Made by a program: the position numbers and the translations under genes
The notes under the pieces: generated by a model
Database searches by the model: none
Told to the model about the DNA's origin: nothing
Seen by the model: only the letters and a program-made list of their open reading frames with translations
Shown: positions 1 to 9,063 of the stretch, one piece after another
Position numbering within the stretch: position 1 is the first letter of the stretch
How the letters are laid out: each line of letters starts with the position of its first letter
Source: an uncultured Nitrososphaerota archaeon
Lineage (GTDB): Archaea > Korarchaeota > Korarchaeia > Korarchaeales > Korarchaeaceae
Assembly (NCBI GenBank): GCA_964480775.1
Contig: CAYZRF010000008.1
Location: 30,001-62,000 of the forward strand
Reading direction: 5' to 3'
DNA length: 32,000 bases

Positions 1-51
1 AGATCCATCCCCAGATTGTTTTGTCAGTTTCCTTTTTGGTAAGATCTGAGT

Positions 52-852
52 CTAAAAAGGTTGATATTTCCCAAGTCTGCGCAGTATCACTCTTTCTGGA
101 TCTATTTCTTTTCTAATCAATCTAATTTCCTCTTTAGTTGGTTCTGGAGTCTTTTTCGCCCTTGAAAAATCTAAAGGGAATCCTGTCTCCTCTTGAATTA
201 GCTCTCGGCTTACTCCAGGATGTATTTCCGCCACATACGCGTGTCTATCCTTATTGTCAAATTTTATTACGCAAAGGTCTGTTACCACAGTTACTGGGCC
301 GCCCCTGTTCAATCCAACCTCATTTCTACTATCTGAGCCCTCCAACCAGCCCACGCTTGTAAGATAATCTACTTTGGGTGGAAATCTTCTTTTTTCGTGT
401 TTCATAATTATTACAGTTCTCTTTGCTAACGCTGCAATGTCTCCAGCACCCCCGCTTCCAGGTAAACGCACTCTAGGCTTCCAGTAATCTCCTATGGCTG
501 TTGAATTTAGATTTCCATACATGTCGCATTGGGCACCTCCAAGAAAACCAACATCAACGCGTCCTCGTTGTAAGATGGTTCCAAAAACGTCAAATAGCCC
601 GCTACATATGGTTGAGCCGTGAACGCATCGCGGATCCCCCACGCTACCTGGAAGGTGTAACAGCTTGCTATCGATCGTTCCTGCCTCGAAAATAACTATA
701 AGATCAGAGGCATGCGTTTTTTTAGCGAGCATTGCGGCGATCATCGGAAGACCAGTTCCGATGAATGCTATTTCTCCGTTCTTGAGTTCTTTTGCGGCTC
801 TGCTGATCATGAGTTCTACCGTGGTATATTTGGTTAGATCATCCTCGTCCAT
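52..852 (-). CDS. CoA-transferase beta subunit (GctB/AtoA-type, class I CoA-transferase family)
   Basis: 266-aa ORF. It has B-subunit-like segments: IAFIGTGLPMIAA, VIFEAGTID (candidate catalytic Glu) and GGAQCDMYGNLNST. Its ATG lies 6 nt after the TGA of the upstream A-subunit ORF, so the two are probably co-transcribed. Confidence 0.8.
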   Translation of the reverse strand: MDEDDLTKYTTVELMISRAAKELKNGEIAFIGTGLPMIAAMLAKKTHASDLIVIFEAGTIDSKLLHLPGSVGDPRCVHGSTICSGLFDVFGTILQRGRVDVGFLGGAQCDMYGNLNSTAIGDYWKPRVRLPGSGGAGDIAALAKRTVIIMKHEKRRFPPKVDYLTSVGWLEGSDSRNEVGLNRGGPVTVVTDLCVIKFDNKDRHAYVAEIHPGVSRELIQEETGFPLDFSRAKKTPEPTKEEIRLIRKEIDPERVILRRLGKYQPF

Positions 853-858
853 TCTTTA

Positions 859-1863
859 TCACCTAAATGGCTCTCCTCTATGTATCTGGGTACTATAACC
901 CAGAATTGAATCTGCTTTTAGTCTATAAAGCCTCTTCTCTCCTCCAATCTTTTTCAGGTATTCTGAAATTCCGTCAACGCTATAAACGTATTCTTCTAGG
1001 TACTTCTCGAAAGATTCACGGTCTGATTTGGCTGATCTTATGTATGTTGCATAGTGCTCTGGATCATAGTCGTAGTACTTGTAAACAGCTGTTGGATGGG
1101 CTCCATATGGGACTTGAATGATGGCGTCTACTAGGTAGAAGGGAATTTGGTTTCTTTCAGGTTCCACGCGTATTATTTCCTCAGATATAATTTCTTCGCA
1201 GGTTACAATAACTCTTTCGGCTGCTCTGGCCAAAAATTCGTCAACAAACGTTTGTCCAAGTATTCTTACTGTACCTTTTCCTCCACACATCTGAGCGTGA
1301 ATTATCGCAACTTCTGGCCTACATGCTGGTACTAAAGCTACTTTCTCACCCGTAAACGGACACTCTACTACTGCTATTTTTTTCTTAGGGAGTTTTGGGT
1401 CCTTTCTTCTTTTCCTTTTTCTCGAAGAAATTCCCCATTTAGTAATCATGTCAGAACCTAACATGCTCTTTGTAGGCATGAACGGCAAACCCAAGGCTCC
1501 AGCCACAAATCTAAGCGTTGCACCAAAGTTAGAATAATCCTCCCATTCGATCCGTCCCTCTTCTATGGCTCTCCTGAAGTTTGGACTCGGACTCACAAAG
1601 GGCTCATCTCCAACATAAGCCATTTCTATTCTTTTCACGCATCCAGCACCAATAAGCATGTCCGCATCTATTCCTTGGGAGCACCCGTATAGCACGAGGT
1701 TTCGCCTACGCTGTCTGATAATTTCTCTGATTAGCTCCATCGGATGCCTTTGTACAGTGAATCCTCCGAGGCCTAAGTGGCATCCGTTCGGTATAAACTT
1801 CTTAACGGCCTCTTCAACTCCCATAATCTTATCTTCAACGTTTTTTTCAATCTTTTTTGTCAT
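859..1863 (-). CDS. CoA-transferase alpha subunit (GctA/AtoD-type)
   Basis: 334-aa ORF with A-subunit-like N-terminus (GCHLGLGGFTVQRHPMELIREI, LVLYG). It is immediately followed by the beta subunit on the same strand. Confidence 0.8.
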   Translation of the reverse strand: MTKKIEKNVEDKIMGVEEAVKKFIPNGCHLGLGGFTVQRHPMELIREIIRQRRRNLVLYGCSQGIDADMLIGAGCVKRIEMAYVGDEPFVSPSPNFRRAIEEGRIEWEDYSNFGATLRFVAGALGLPFMPTKSMLGSDMITKWGISSRKRKRRKDPKLPKKKIAVVECPFTGEKVALVPACRPEVAIIHAQMCGGKGTVRILGQTFVDEFLARAAERVIVTCEEIISEEIIRVEPERNQIPFYLVDAIIQVPYGAHPTAVYKYYDYDPEHYATYIRSAKSDRESFEKYLEEYVYSVDGISEYLKKIGGEKRLYRLKADSILGYSTQIHRGEPFR

Positions 1864-1880
1864 CTAAAATCTCCCATCTA

Positions 1881-1918
1881 ATTCTAAATCTTCTTGATTA
1901 GAATCATTTAAAGATAAA
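1881..1918 (-). promoter_or_regulatory. Putative promoter/operator of the CoA-transferase operon
   Basis: On the minus strand, TTTATCTTTAAAT (plus coordinates 1906-1918) is a TATA-like element. A perfect 7-bp inverted repeat, ATTCTAA-N10-TTAGAAT, spans 1881-1904 and lies between that element and the ATG at 1863, where a transcription start would be expected. Confidence 0.3.
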
Positions 1919-2036
1919 GGGTGAGGAAGAGTTGACCCTTTTAATCTCAATGAAACTAACCTTATAATAAGAATTCAAATTTTAGGCCACGCGACACCTA
2001 ACGGTGACATTAAAGATCGTTTAAAGCGTTAGTCTG

Positions 2037-2855
2037 TTATCTTATCTCCCTAGTTCCAATGTGCTCGTGATCCTTCATTAAACTTTCAGAGAAGTAGAAA
2101 ATCAGCGTCTTATATCGACCAGCTTCAATGAATCCCAAGCTTTTGTAAAGAGAGATGGCTGGTTTATTTCTAACATGAACACGTAGTCTTGCTCGTTGAC
2201 ATCCAGAATCTTTTAGTTGCTTTAAAACAAAGCACATAATCTTTCTTCCGTAACCTTTTCCTCTATGTGTTTTGTCGATGCCTATGTTGCTAATTTGACC
2301 GGTCTTGGGATTAAAGTTGACTATTCCTATGATTTCTTCGTTTTTTCTTACCAAGTAAAATTTCTCCATAGCATGATAGAAATCAAGAAACTCTTTCGGC
2401 AACCCATGAAGGTGCTCCAAAGCTATCGATAACGTCGCGTCAGGAGAGGCTTGAAGAAAAATCTTAGCTAGCTTAATGAAATCTAACATCTCTTGCCTTG
2501 AAATTTGTTGAAACAGAAGACCATCAGCAAATTCAAATTCTTTTTCCTTGAGGTCACAGATCATTACATAGGCATCATCGATTTCTCTGAAACCCATAGT
2601 TTCAAGGAGAGCAATTGTACCCCCTTCTGCTGAGGGTAAGACTACCGAAGCGTAAGCAACATTGGATTTTGAAGCTAGATCTAATGCTTCTTTGATGAAA
2701 GCTTTGATCCTGTCTTCTGGTTGACGTGTGTCCACCACGTACATCATTGCTAAAGGGGTTCCAACTTGAGCTAGTAACTGTACAGGTTCTTTTCCAATTG
2801 CAATTATTCCTATTGGTCTCGTATCATCAGCAAAAACCCAATAAGGCATGTTCAT
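2037..2855 (-). CDS. GNAT-family N-acetyltransferase (two-lobed, C-terminal lobe canonical)
   Basis: 272-aa ORF. The C-terminal half carries an acetyl-CoA-binding GNAT signature (IGIDKTHRGKGYGRKIM ... ISLYKSLGFIEAG). Confidence 0.75.
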   Translation of the reverse strand: MNMPYWVFADDTRPIGIIAIGKEPVQLLAQVGTPLAMMYVVDTRQPEDRIKAFIKEALDLASKSNVAYASVVLPSAEGGTIALLETMGFREIDDAYVMICDLKEKEFEFADGLLFQQISRQEMLDFIKLAKIFLQASPDATLSIALEHLHGLPKEFLDFYHAMEKFYLVRKNEEIIGIVNFNPKTGQISNIGIDKTHRGKGYGRKIMCFVLKQLKDSGCQRARLRVHVRNKPAISLYKSLGFIEAGRYKTLIFYFSESLMKDHEHIGTREIR

Positions 2856-3212
2856 AAGTTCTGCTTGCTTTGTATATTTTGCAACTTTATCTAAAAGGGG
2901 TTTTGCATCCGGATCCGTATGTGAATAAAATCTCGTAAGATCACCCTTTAGTTGTTGAATTATTTTTCAGAGAAAATTTAAACACCAACGCTAAGAACGT
3001 TATTGTCATAGGATAGCCTCGATAACATGGAGGAAAGGATTTCATTGCTATATTAAAGAACAGCATCTCTACAAGCAGTTTGTCCCTTGGTTGGCATCGA
3101 TTTGTTAAGTAAATTTCATTGATAATTTAAAGAATATAGACTGTGAATCCCTTCAGCTGAATTATTTAATTGAAAATGGTTTATTCAACCACGGAAGAGG
3201 AGGAAGTTTGTT

Positions 3213-5066
3213 ATGGCTAAAACCACAGAAGATGACGCTTTCTTAGATGCTCTGTTATCTATCCCAGCCATACTCAATTATCGAATATCAAAGGACTCAA
3301 AATACGTCGTTTATACATGGAAAAACATACATCCAAATCTTGATGTCTTTTTAGTCCCTACCGACGGATCATCTAAACCCATTGCTCTAACGGAGACCCC
3401 AGAGGCTACATTTGTCGTCAACTTTGCTCCAGACTCCCGGTCTGTCATAGTTGGAGAAGACAAGAACAGAAACGAACGAGTAAGGTTGTTCGAGGTCAAA
3501 TTGGATGAGCCAAAGAAGATGATTCCTCTGACTCAAGAAAATCCGCCCTTCTTCTTGAGAGGAGGAGCAATGCACCCTAACAGGAAGTGGCTTGTTTATG
3601 GAGCTAACTACGATTTTGAGAGTGGAAAGGAAATTGAGCCTACCTGGGTTTACAGGCAAGATCTACGAACTGGAGAGATTGTAGCTTTGGCAAAACCAAA
3701 GAAACCAACGTGGCTTTATCCTCAGCTTAACAACCAAGGAACATATGTGCTATATAATCGAAAGGAGCTTCATCCCAAGGGAGATCAGTACTGGTTGGTT
3801 GATATCGAAGGAAGAGAGGATAGGGAGATACTAAATTTTGGCCCAAAGGCTAGGATTCAAGCGACTTGGCTGCCTGATGGAAGGCGAGTTGCGTTCATCA
3901 CTGAGACTAAGAACAATAATGTCCAGAAATACTACTCCCTGGGCATCTATGATATAGAACATGAAGAGATAGAGTGGGTGATCGACGACCCAAATAGAAA
4001 TATCGAAAGAATACACAGCCCAATAAACAGCAACCATCTCGTGGTGCTAGAGTACCAAAAAGCAAGGGTAAGACCATCAATAATAGACCTGTCAACCATG
4101 GAGGAATTGATCCTACCAAGAGTTAGAGGTTCTCTTTTACCTATAGGTCCTGTCTCAAATGAAGCATGGGTGGGCTTATATTATTCATCTACTCAGCCAG
4201 ATGAGATCGTCAGGTTTGACGTTAACAACGTCGATGTCTCAAATTTCCAAACATTAACTCACGTTTGGGAGAGAACTGATGTCAAACCAGAACAGCTTAC
4301 TCCAGCAGAGGATTTCGAATGGAAAGCTAAAGATGGTCTTAATATTCACGGATGGCTCTATCGTCCAAAGAAACCCAGTAAGAAAGCTGTAATTTACGTC
4401 CACGGAGGACCGACCGCACACTCTAGAGACGCAATATACCCACAAATTCAGTATCTTGTCTTTAGAGGATTTAATGTCTTAGCTCCAAATTACAGGGGTT
4501 CAACGGGTTACGGGGTGGAATTTGAAGATCTTATCAGGGTTAACGGGTGGGGGAGCGATGAGCAGGAGGACATTTGGGCTGGAATTAGGGCATTGATTGA
4601 GAGAGGAATAGCAGAAGAAGGGAAGATAGGGATTACTGGGACAAGTTATGGTGGTTACTCAAGTTGGTACGCCATTACTAAGGCTCCAGACCTGGTGTCT
4701 GCGGCGGTTCCCATCTGCGGGATGACGGACTTGGTGGTTGATTATGAGACAACTCGTCCTGACTTGCGCCCCTATTCCGAGCAGATGCTTGGAGGTAGCC
4801 CCGAAGAGGTTCCTGAGAGATATTATGAAAGGTCTCCAATAAACTTCATACATCAGATTAGAGGCAAGCTTTTGATCGTCCAAGGAGCTCAGGATCCGAA
4901 TGTAACACCTAAGAACGTGGAGGAAGTAATAAAGAGATTAGATGCAGAGGGAATTGGGTATGAACTGCTGATCTTTGAAGATGAGGGTCATGGTATACTG
5001 AAAACAAAAAATCAAAAGGTACTCTTTAAGAAGATGGCAGATTTCTTCTCTAAAGCCTTGATTTAA
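3213..5066 (+). CDS. S9-family serine peptidase (prolyl oligopeptidase / acylaminoacyl-peptidase type)
   Basis: 617-aa ORF with an N-terminal propeller-like region. The C-terminal alpha/beta hydrolase has GTSYGGYSS (GxSxGG nucleophile), QGAQDPNV (Asp) and EDEGHGI (His). GAGGAGG lies 10-16 nt upstream of the ATG. Confidence 0.9.
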   Translation: MAKTTEDDAFLDALLSIPAILNYRISKDSKYVVYTWKNIHPNLDVFLVPTDGSSKPIALTETPEATFVVNFAPDSRSVIVGEDKNRNERVRLFEVKLDEPKKMIPLTQENPPFFLRGGAMHPNRKWLVYGANYDFESGKEIEPTWVYRQDLRTGEIVALAKPKKPTWLYPQLNNQGTYVLYNRKELHPKGDQYWLVDIEGREDREILNFGPKARIQATWLPDGRRVAFITETKNNNVQKYYSLGIYDIEHEEIEWVIDDPNRNIERIHSPINSNHLVVLEYQKARVRPSIIDLSTMEELILPRVRGSLLPIGPVSNEAWVGLYYSSTQPDEIVRFDVNNVDVSNFQTLTHVWERTDVKPEQLTPAEDFEWKAKDGLNIHGWLYRPKKPSKKAVIYVHGGPTAHSRDAIYPQIQYLVFRGFNVLAPNYRGSTGYGVEFEDLIRVNGWGSDEQEDIWAGIRALIERGIAEEGKIGITGTSYGGYSSWYAITKAPDLVSAAVPICGMTDLVVDYETTRPDLRPYSEQMLGGSPEEVPERYYERSPINFIHQIRGKLLIVQGAQDPNVTPKNVEEVIKRLDAEGIGYELLIFEDEGHGILKTKNQKVLFKKMADFFSKALI

Positions 5067-5126
5067 GCTTTTGAATGTTTTTGGCGCTTTTTACAGGTTA
5101 ATTGGGGGGTCTAAGGGGCGAAGTCA

Positions 5127-6368
5127 ATGGCTCTTTATTCGAAAATTAGACTTCCGAGAGGGTTTGATAGAGACTTAAAACTCATCCTCCTATCGCTCGC
5201 ATGCAGAAGGGTTGTTATGGGTTTCCTTGAAGTAGTAAGAGCGATCTATTTTGCTCTTTTGGGTTTTGGTCCAGCTCAGATAGGTGTATTGTTCACAATC
5301 CCTATAGCCCTCGGAGCGTTTCGATCCATTCTCTTTGGGCTACTGTCAGACAGATATGGTAGAAAAGTCTTCATAGTCATAGGAAACATATTTTCTACTC
5401 TGAGACTAATCATTTACGTTTTTTCCAAGGAGTATTGGATGTTAGCCCTTAGTCAGGCTATTGGTGCGTTTGGTGAGGGCGGAGGACCTGGACAACCATC
5501 CGTCTCAGCCCTTATCACAGATAAGACGCATCCAAAAGCTCGAACGAGGATATTCAGCACCTTGGCCTTTTCAAATGCGGCCGCTGCAACTTTAGGCTCT
5601 ATGATGGCAGGTCTCCCAGCAATCTTCGAAAAAACGCTTGATGTTGCAACGATTGAATCATATGAACTACTATTCATGATAGGAGTTCTTTTCTCCATTT
5701 TTGCAACGTTTTTAGCCATTCCAATAGTCGAGAAAAAGCCGATTGTGAAGTTTAAAGATAAAACTCGCAGTCTGTTTCCTAAGAAGTCGTTAGGTGCTAT
5801 AGGGAAGTTTTCCCTAGTTAGATGCATCGGAGGCCTTGGATTTGGGATGATCAGCCCATTACTCCCCCTTTATTTTTACATGAAATTTTCTATAGGACCA
5901 GAAGTGCTTGGCCCATTTTATGCAATTTCAAGGTTCCTTTCCATGTTTTCTTATCTTTTCGTTGAGAAAGTTGTCTCAACCGTGGGTGAGATTGGTTGCA
6001 TAGTTCTCTCTCGTCTTATTTCGCTTATTGGTATATTTCTTCTTCCAATAGCGCCTAATTACCTCGTAGGCGGAGTATTGATCGTTCTGTTTCGAACAGT
6101 TCTTTTGTTTACCATGCCAGTAAGGCAGTCGTTCATCACATTAATAGTAGATCCATCCGAGAGCGCATCTGCCGTTGGAATAAGTAATACAGCGAGAATG
6201 GCGGTTAGATCTGTGGCTCCAGCTGTTGCAGGATATATGTTTGAGAGCATCAGCTTGAATCTACCGTTTTTACTTGGTGGTCTTTTGGTAGGTCTGAATG
6301 CCGCTTTGTATCAGATCTTTTTTGGAGGAAAAAATAATGACAGTGAAGCAAAAGATCCACATATTTGA
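5127..6368 (+). CDS. MFS transporter
   Basis: 413-aa polytopic ORF with about 12 hydrophobic segments and MFS motif A (GLLSDRYGRKV). Confidence 0.85.
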   Translation: MALYSKIRLPRGFDRDLKLILLSLACRRVVMGFLEVVRAIYFALLGFGPAQIGVLFTIPIALGAFRSILFGLLSDRYGRKVFIVIGNIFSTLRLIIYVFSKEYWMLALSQAIGAFGEGGGPGQPSVSALITDKTHPKARTRIFSTLAFSNAAAATLGSMMAGLPAIFEKTLDVATIESYELLFMIGVLFSIFATFLAIPIVEKKPIVKFKDKTRSLFPKKSLGAIGKFSLVRCIGGLGFGMISPLLPLYFYMKFSIGPEVLGPFYAISRFLSMFSYLFVEKVVSTVGEIGCIVLSRLISLIGIFLLPIAPNYLVGGVLIVLFRTVLLFTMPVRQSFITLIVDPSESASAVGISNTARMAVRSVAPAVAGYMFESISLNLPFLLGGLLVGLNAALYQIFFGGKNNDSEAKDPHI

Positions 6369-7606
6369 TCTTTTAAGGCATGCAGGGCTATGAATTTAAT
6401 TGAATTTTTGCTCGTCTCTTTTGCGTTGGACTTTCTATATGCAACATAAATATCCGCCTCTATCATCTTCATTTCCTTGTTAAAATAGTGATGAACGAAG
6501 TATATGTTCCCTTGGCTGTCTAAAGTTGGTTCTCCAGCGAAATTTGAAACTATTTCTTCAGGTTGACTCCAGCTGCCATTTTTCAACTTTATGCAACGAA
6601 ATATTGCTGGACCCGGATATCCAAGCTTGCTTTCACCTGTAAACCACAGCTCTTTACCATCAGGAGTTATAAAAGGCTGATCCTCATTTTTATCACTGTT
6701 TACATTAGAACCAAGATTAATCGGCTTTCCCCATTCGTTGTTGTCTTTTTTACACATCCACAAATCTTTACCCCCATAACCGCCCTGTCTTGATGAGCTA
6801 AAGTACAAGGTCCCATCGGGACCTATGTGCATTTCTCCAACACCATATTGTAGGTTCAACTGTTCACCAGCGTTCTTCCAAGAAGTCCATCTTCCATTTA
6901 CATATTTTGCAGTATAAAGGTCCACCTCTCCGTAATTTCCTTTTCTTATAGAGCAGAACCAAAGCGTATCACCTTGCACAAAGGGACAACCGTCAAGGGA
7001 CACATCATCACTCAAGACAATTCTCTCAGGTTCAAGCCAAATTCCGTCAACCTTTCTAGTCCACCAAATTCCAGTAACACCATCAATCAGTTGTTTTTCA
7101 GGGGGTACATTCACATCTGGAGTGAAGAAAAAGAACAGAGTTCTTCCATCTGGCGTTATAAAAGGAGAATCCTCGGCACCTGCCGTATTTATAGGACTTC
7201 CAATTGGTATTGGATTTTCCCACTCATCATAATGGATGATTGGTGGGAAAAAGTCTGTTTCTGGCGACATTTTAATCGCATCCTTAGGTATAGCCTTCTC
7301 CCTATTTGAAGCCTTTTCCTGAGTTGTTGAATATTTTTTCTTTGTTCTCATTAAGATAAATCCAATAATTACTATTGTTAGTAAGATTATGGCATAAACA
7401 AGGGGTTTTTTACTATTTGTAGCATTGGTCAACTCTAACTCTTCAAGCCCGAGTATATTGGTTGAATATAATGCCTTGCAAATTGAGTTATAACAGTGGT
7501 TAGACCAATGATTCAGGGCTAATTCTGATAGATTTTGGATTTTAGAACTTAAAAAACAACAGTTATTGGAGGAGTCAACATATTTTACGTGTTGAGTCTT
7601 GGACAA
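6311..7606 (-). CDS. Membrane-anchored TolB-like (PD40 / WD40-like beta-propeller repeat) protein
   Basis: It has one TM helix (PLVYAIILLTIVIIGFILM) and repeated PD40-like units (PFITPDGRTLFF, GPDGTLYFSS..GGKDLW, PFITPDGKELWF, LDSQGNIYF). The start is uncertain because the annotated ATG sits inside the putative tldD TATA box. An internal alternative start before the TM helix is possible. Confidence 0.7.
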   Translation of the reverse strand: MSKTQHVKYVDSSNNCCFLSSKIQNLSELALNHWSNHCYNSICKALYSTNILGLEELELTNATNSKKPLVYAIILLTIVIIGFILMRTKKKYSTTQEKASNREKAIPKDAIKMSPETDFFPPIIHYDEWENPIPIGSPINTAGAEDSPFITPDGRTLFFFFTPDVNVPPEKQLIDGVTGIWWTRKVDGIWLEPERIVLSDDVSLDGCPFVQGDTLWFCSIRKGNYGEVDLYTAKYVNGRWTSWKNAGEQLNLQYGVGEMHIGPDGTLYFSSSRQGGYGGKDLWMCKKDNNEWGKPINLGSNVNSDKNEDQPFITPDGKELWFTGESKLGYPGPAIFRCIKLKNGSWSQPEEIVSNFAGEPTLDSQGNIYFVHHYFNKEMKMIEADIYVAYRKSNAKETSKNSIKFIALHALKDQICGSFASLSLFFPPKKI

Positions 7607-7617
7607 ACTTAAATCTC
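7605..7617 (+). promoter_or_regulatory. TATA/BRE-like promoter element upstream of tldD
   Basis: AAACTTAAATCTC lies 31-43 nt upstream of the tldD ATG. The identical 13-mer occurs upstream of guaB at 24753-24765. Confidence 0.4.
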
Positions 7618-7647
7618 ACAGGTTCAGTTTGATAAGGGCCATAAGTT

Positions 7648-9063
7648 ATGAGTATGCAGATTACTGAGTTAATCGATAAAGCTATCCAACATGCACTGGA
7701 AATAGGAGTCGATTTCGTTGAAGTGAGAGGAGAGGATACAATAACTGGAGAAATAAGGGCCGTGAATGAGGAAATACGTATAGTTTCGAAGATGCGCAAC
7801 ATAGGAATTGGTGTGAGGGTTTTTTGTGAGAAAGGGGTAGGTTTCTCCTTTTCAAACGTCTTGGATAAGGAAAACATCTTCCGTACAGTAACGACTGCTC
7901 TTAAGATAGCTAGGGCTTCTAAAAAGAGGACTTTGATCAAATTAGACATGGCTGAAGTTGAAACAACTGTGATGAACAAGCATACGTCAGTTTGTAAACA
8001 CCCAAAAGATATTTCGCTTGATGAAAAGAAAGATTTATGCTTGAGACTGTGCAAAACTGCTAGAAAACTGAGTAGTCGTGTAGCAAATGTTACCAGCTCA
8101 TTTATGGAATACCACGGCAGGCTCTATTATGCAAACAGCGAGGGAACTAAGGTCTCTTATGAGCCACTTTTAGTAGGATTAGGGATTACATGTACCGCTA
8201 AGGAAGGAGAAACCATTGTTGATGCTAGGGACAGACATGGTGGCTCTTTTGGACTCAGTGTGTTTGAGGAAGAGGCTTACATGCCTGAAAAAATGGCAGA
8301 AAATGCCGTAAAGTGGGCATTAGAGAAACTTAACGCAAAAACAGCCCCGGCTGGGCGATTTTCCGCCCTTATTGATCCAAGACTTGCCGGGGTTCTTGCA
8401 CATGAATCTTTTGGCCATTTGTCTGAGGCCGACATGGTGGTTGTGGGTACATCTCCCTTGACTGGTAAAATTGGCCAGCCGCTAGGTTCTGAGATAGTAA
8501 CTATAATTGATGAAGGCTTACCCGAGAAAGGAGGTTACAAGATATATTTTGACGATGAAGGGGTAACCTGTCGAAGGGTTGAAATTCTAAAGAGAGGGAT
8601 ACTGAATTATTACCTGCACAGCAGGGAAACCGCAAAAGCCTTGAAGATGAGGCCCACAGGAAATGCCAGAAGTCAAGATTACTCCTTCGAGCCAATTGTA
8701 AGAATGAGAAACACCTATTTTGATGCTGGAGAATGGAAACCTGAGGAGGCCCTTAGCGAGATCAAACGTGGAATATATGCAATAGACACTGCTGGCGGAC
8801 AGGTTGAGGCCACTGGTACTTTCCTATTCAAGGCTGTTAGAGGGTATTGGGTTGAAAAGGGAGAACTAAAATATCCTTTGCGAGATGTTGCTCTGACAGG
8901 AAACATCTTTGAACTACTCAAAAAAGTCGATGCGGTATGCAATGACTTAGAAATTTCTAGTACTCCCTTTGGGGGATGCGGAAAGATGGATCAAAGGGTC
9001 TTCGTGGGGACAGGGGGGCCTCACATTAGAGTGAGTGAAGTTCTCTTCGGGGGTGCTCGTTAG
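7648..9063 (+). CDS. tldD: TldD-family metalloprotease (peptidase U62)
   Basis: 471-aa ORF with the TldD-type HExxxH motif (HESFGHLSEAD) and a Gly-rich C-terminus. It is followed directly by a PmbA-like paralog. Confidence 0.9.
   Translation: MSMQITELIDKAIQHALEIGVDFVEVRGEDTITGEIRAVNEEIRIVSKMRNIGIGVRVFCEKGVGFSFSNVLDKENIFRTVTTALKIARASKKRTLIKLDMAEVETTVMNKHTSVCKHPKDISLDEKKDLCLRLCKTARKLSSRVANVTSSFMEYHGRLYYANSEGTKVSYEPLLVGLGITCTAKEGETIVDARDRHGGSFGLSVFEEEAYMPEKMAENAVKWALEKLNAKTAPAGRFSALIDPRLAGVLAHESFGHLSEADMVVVGTSPLTGKIGQPLGSEIVTIIDEGLPEKGGYKIYFDDEGVTCRRVEILKRGILNYYLHSRETAKALKMRPTGNARSQDYSFEPIVRMRNTYFDAGEWKPEEALSEIKRGIYAIDTAGGQVEATGTFLFKAVRGYWVEKGELKYPLRDVALTGNIFELLKKVDAVCNDLEISSTPFGGCGKMDQRVFVGTGGPHIRVSEVLFGGAR

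Noticed and set aside
2856-2960. In-frame protein-like extension upstream of the GNAT start (..LTRFYSHTDPDAKPLLDKVAKYTKQAEL-MNM..)
   Set aside because: The frame is open back to a TGA but contains no ATG, GTG or TTG start. I therefore kept the ATG at 2855, though N-terminal truncation or an unusual start cannot be excluded.
5453-5827. 124-aa minus-strand ORF inside the MFS transporter gene
   Set aside because: It is an antisense shadow ORF within a confidently called membrane transporter and has no recognisable features.
7575-8054. 159-aa minus-strand ORF overlapping the 5' part of tldD
   Set aside because: It is antisense to a confidently identified gene. The product is low-complexity and Ser/Ile/Phe-rich, typical of a shadow frame, and I recognised no motif.
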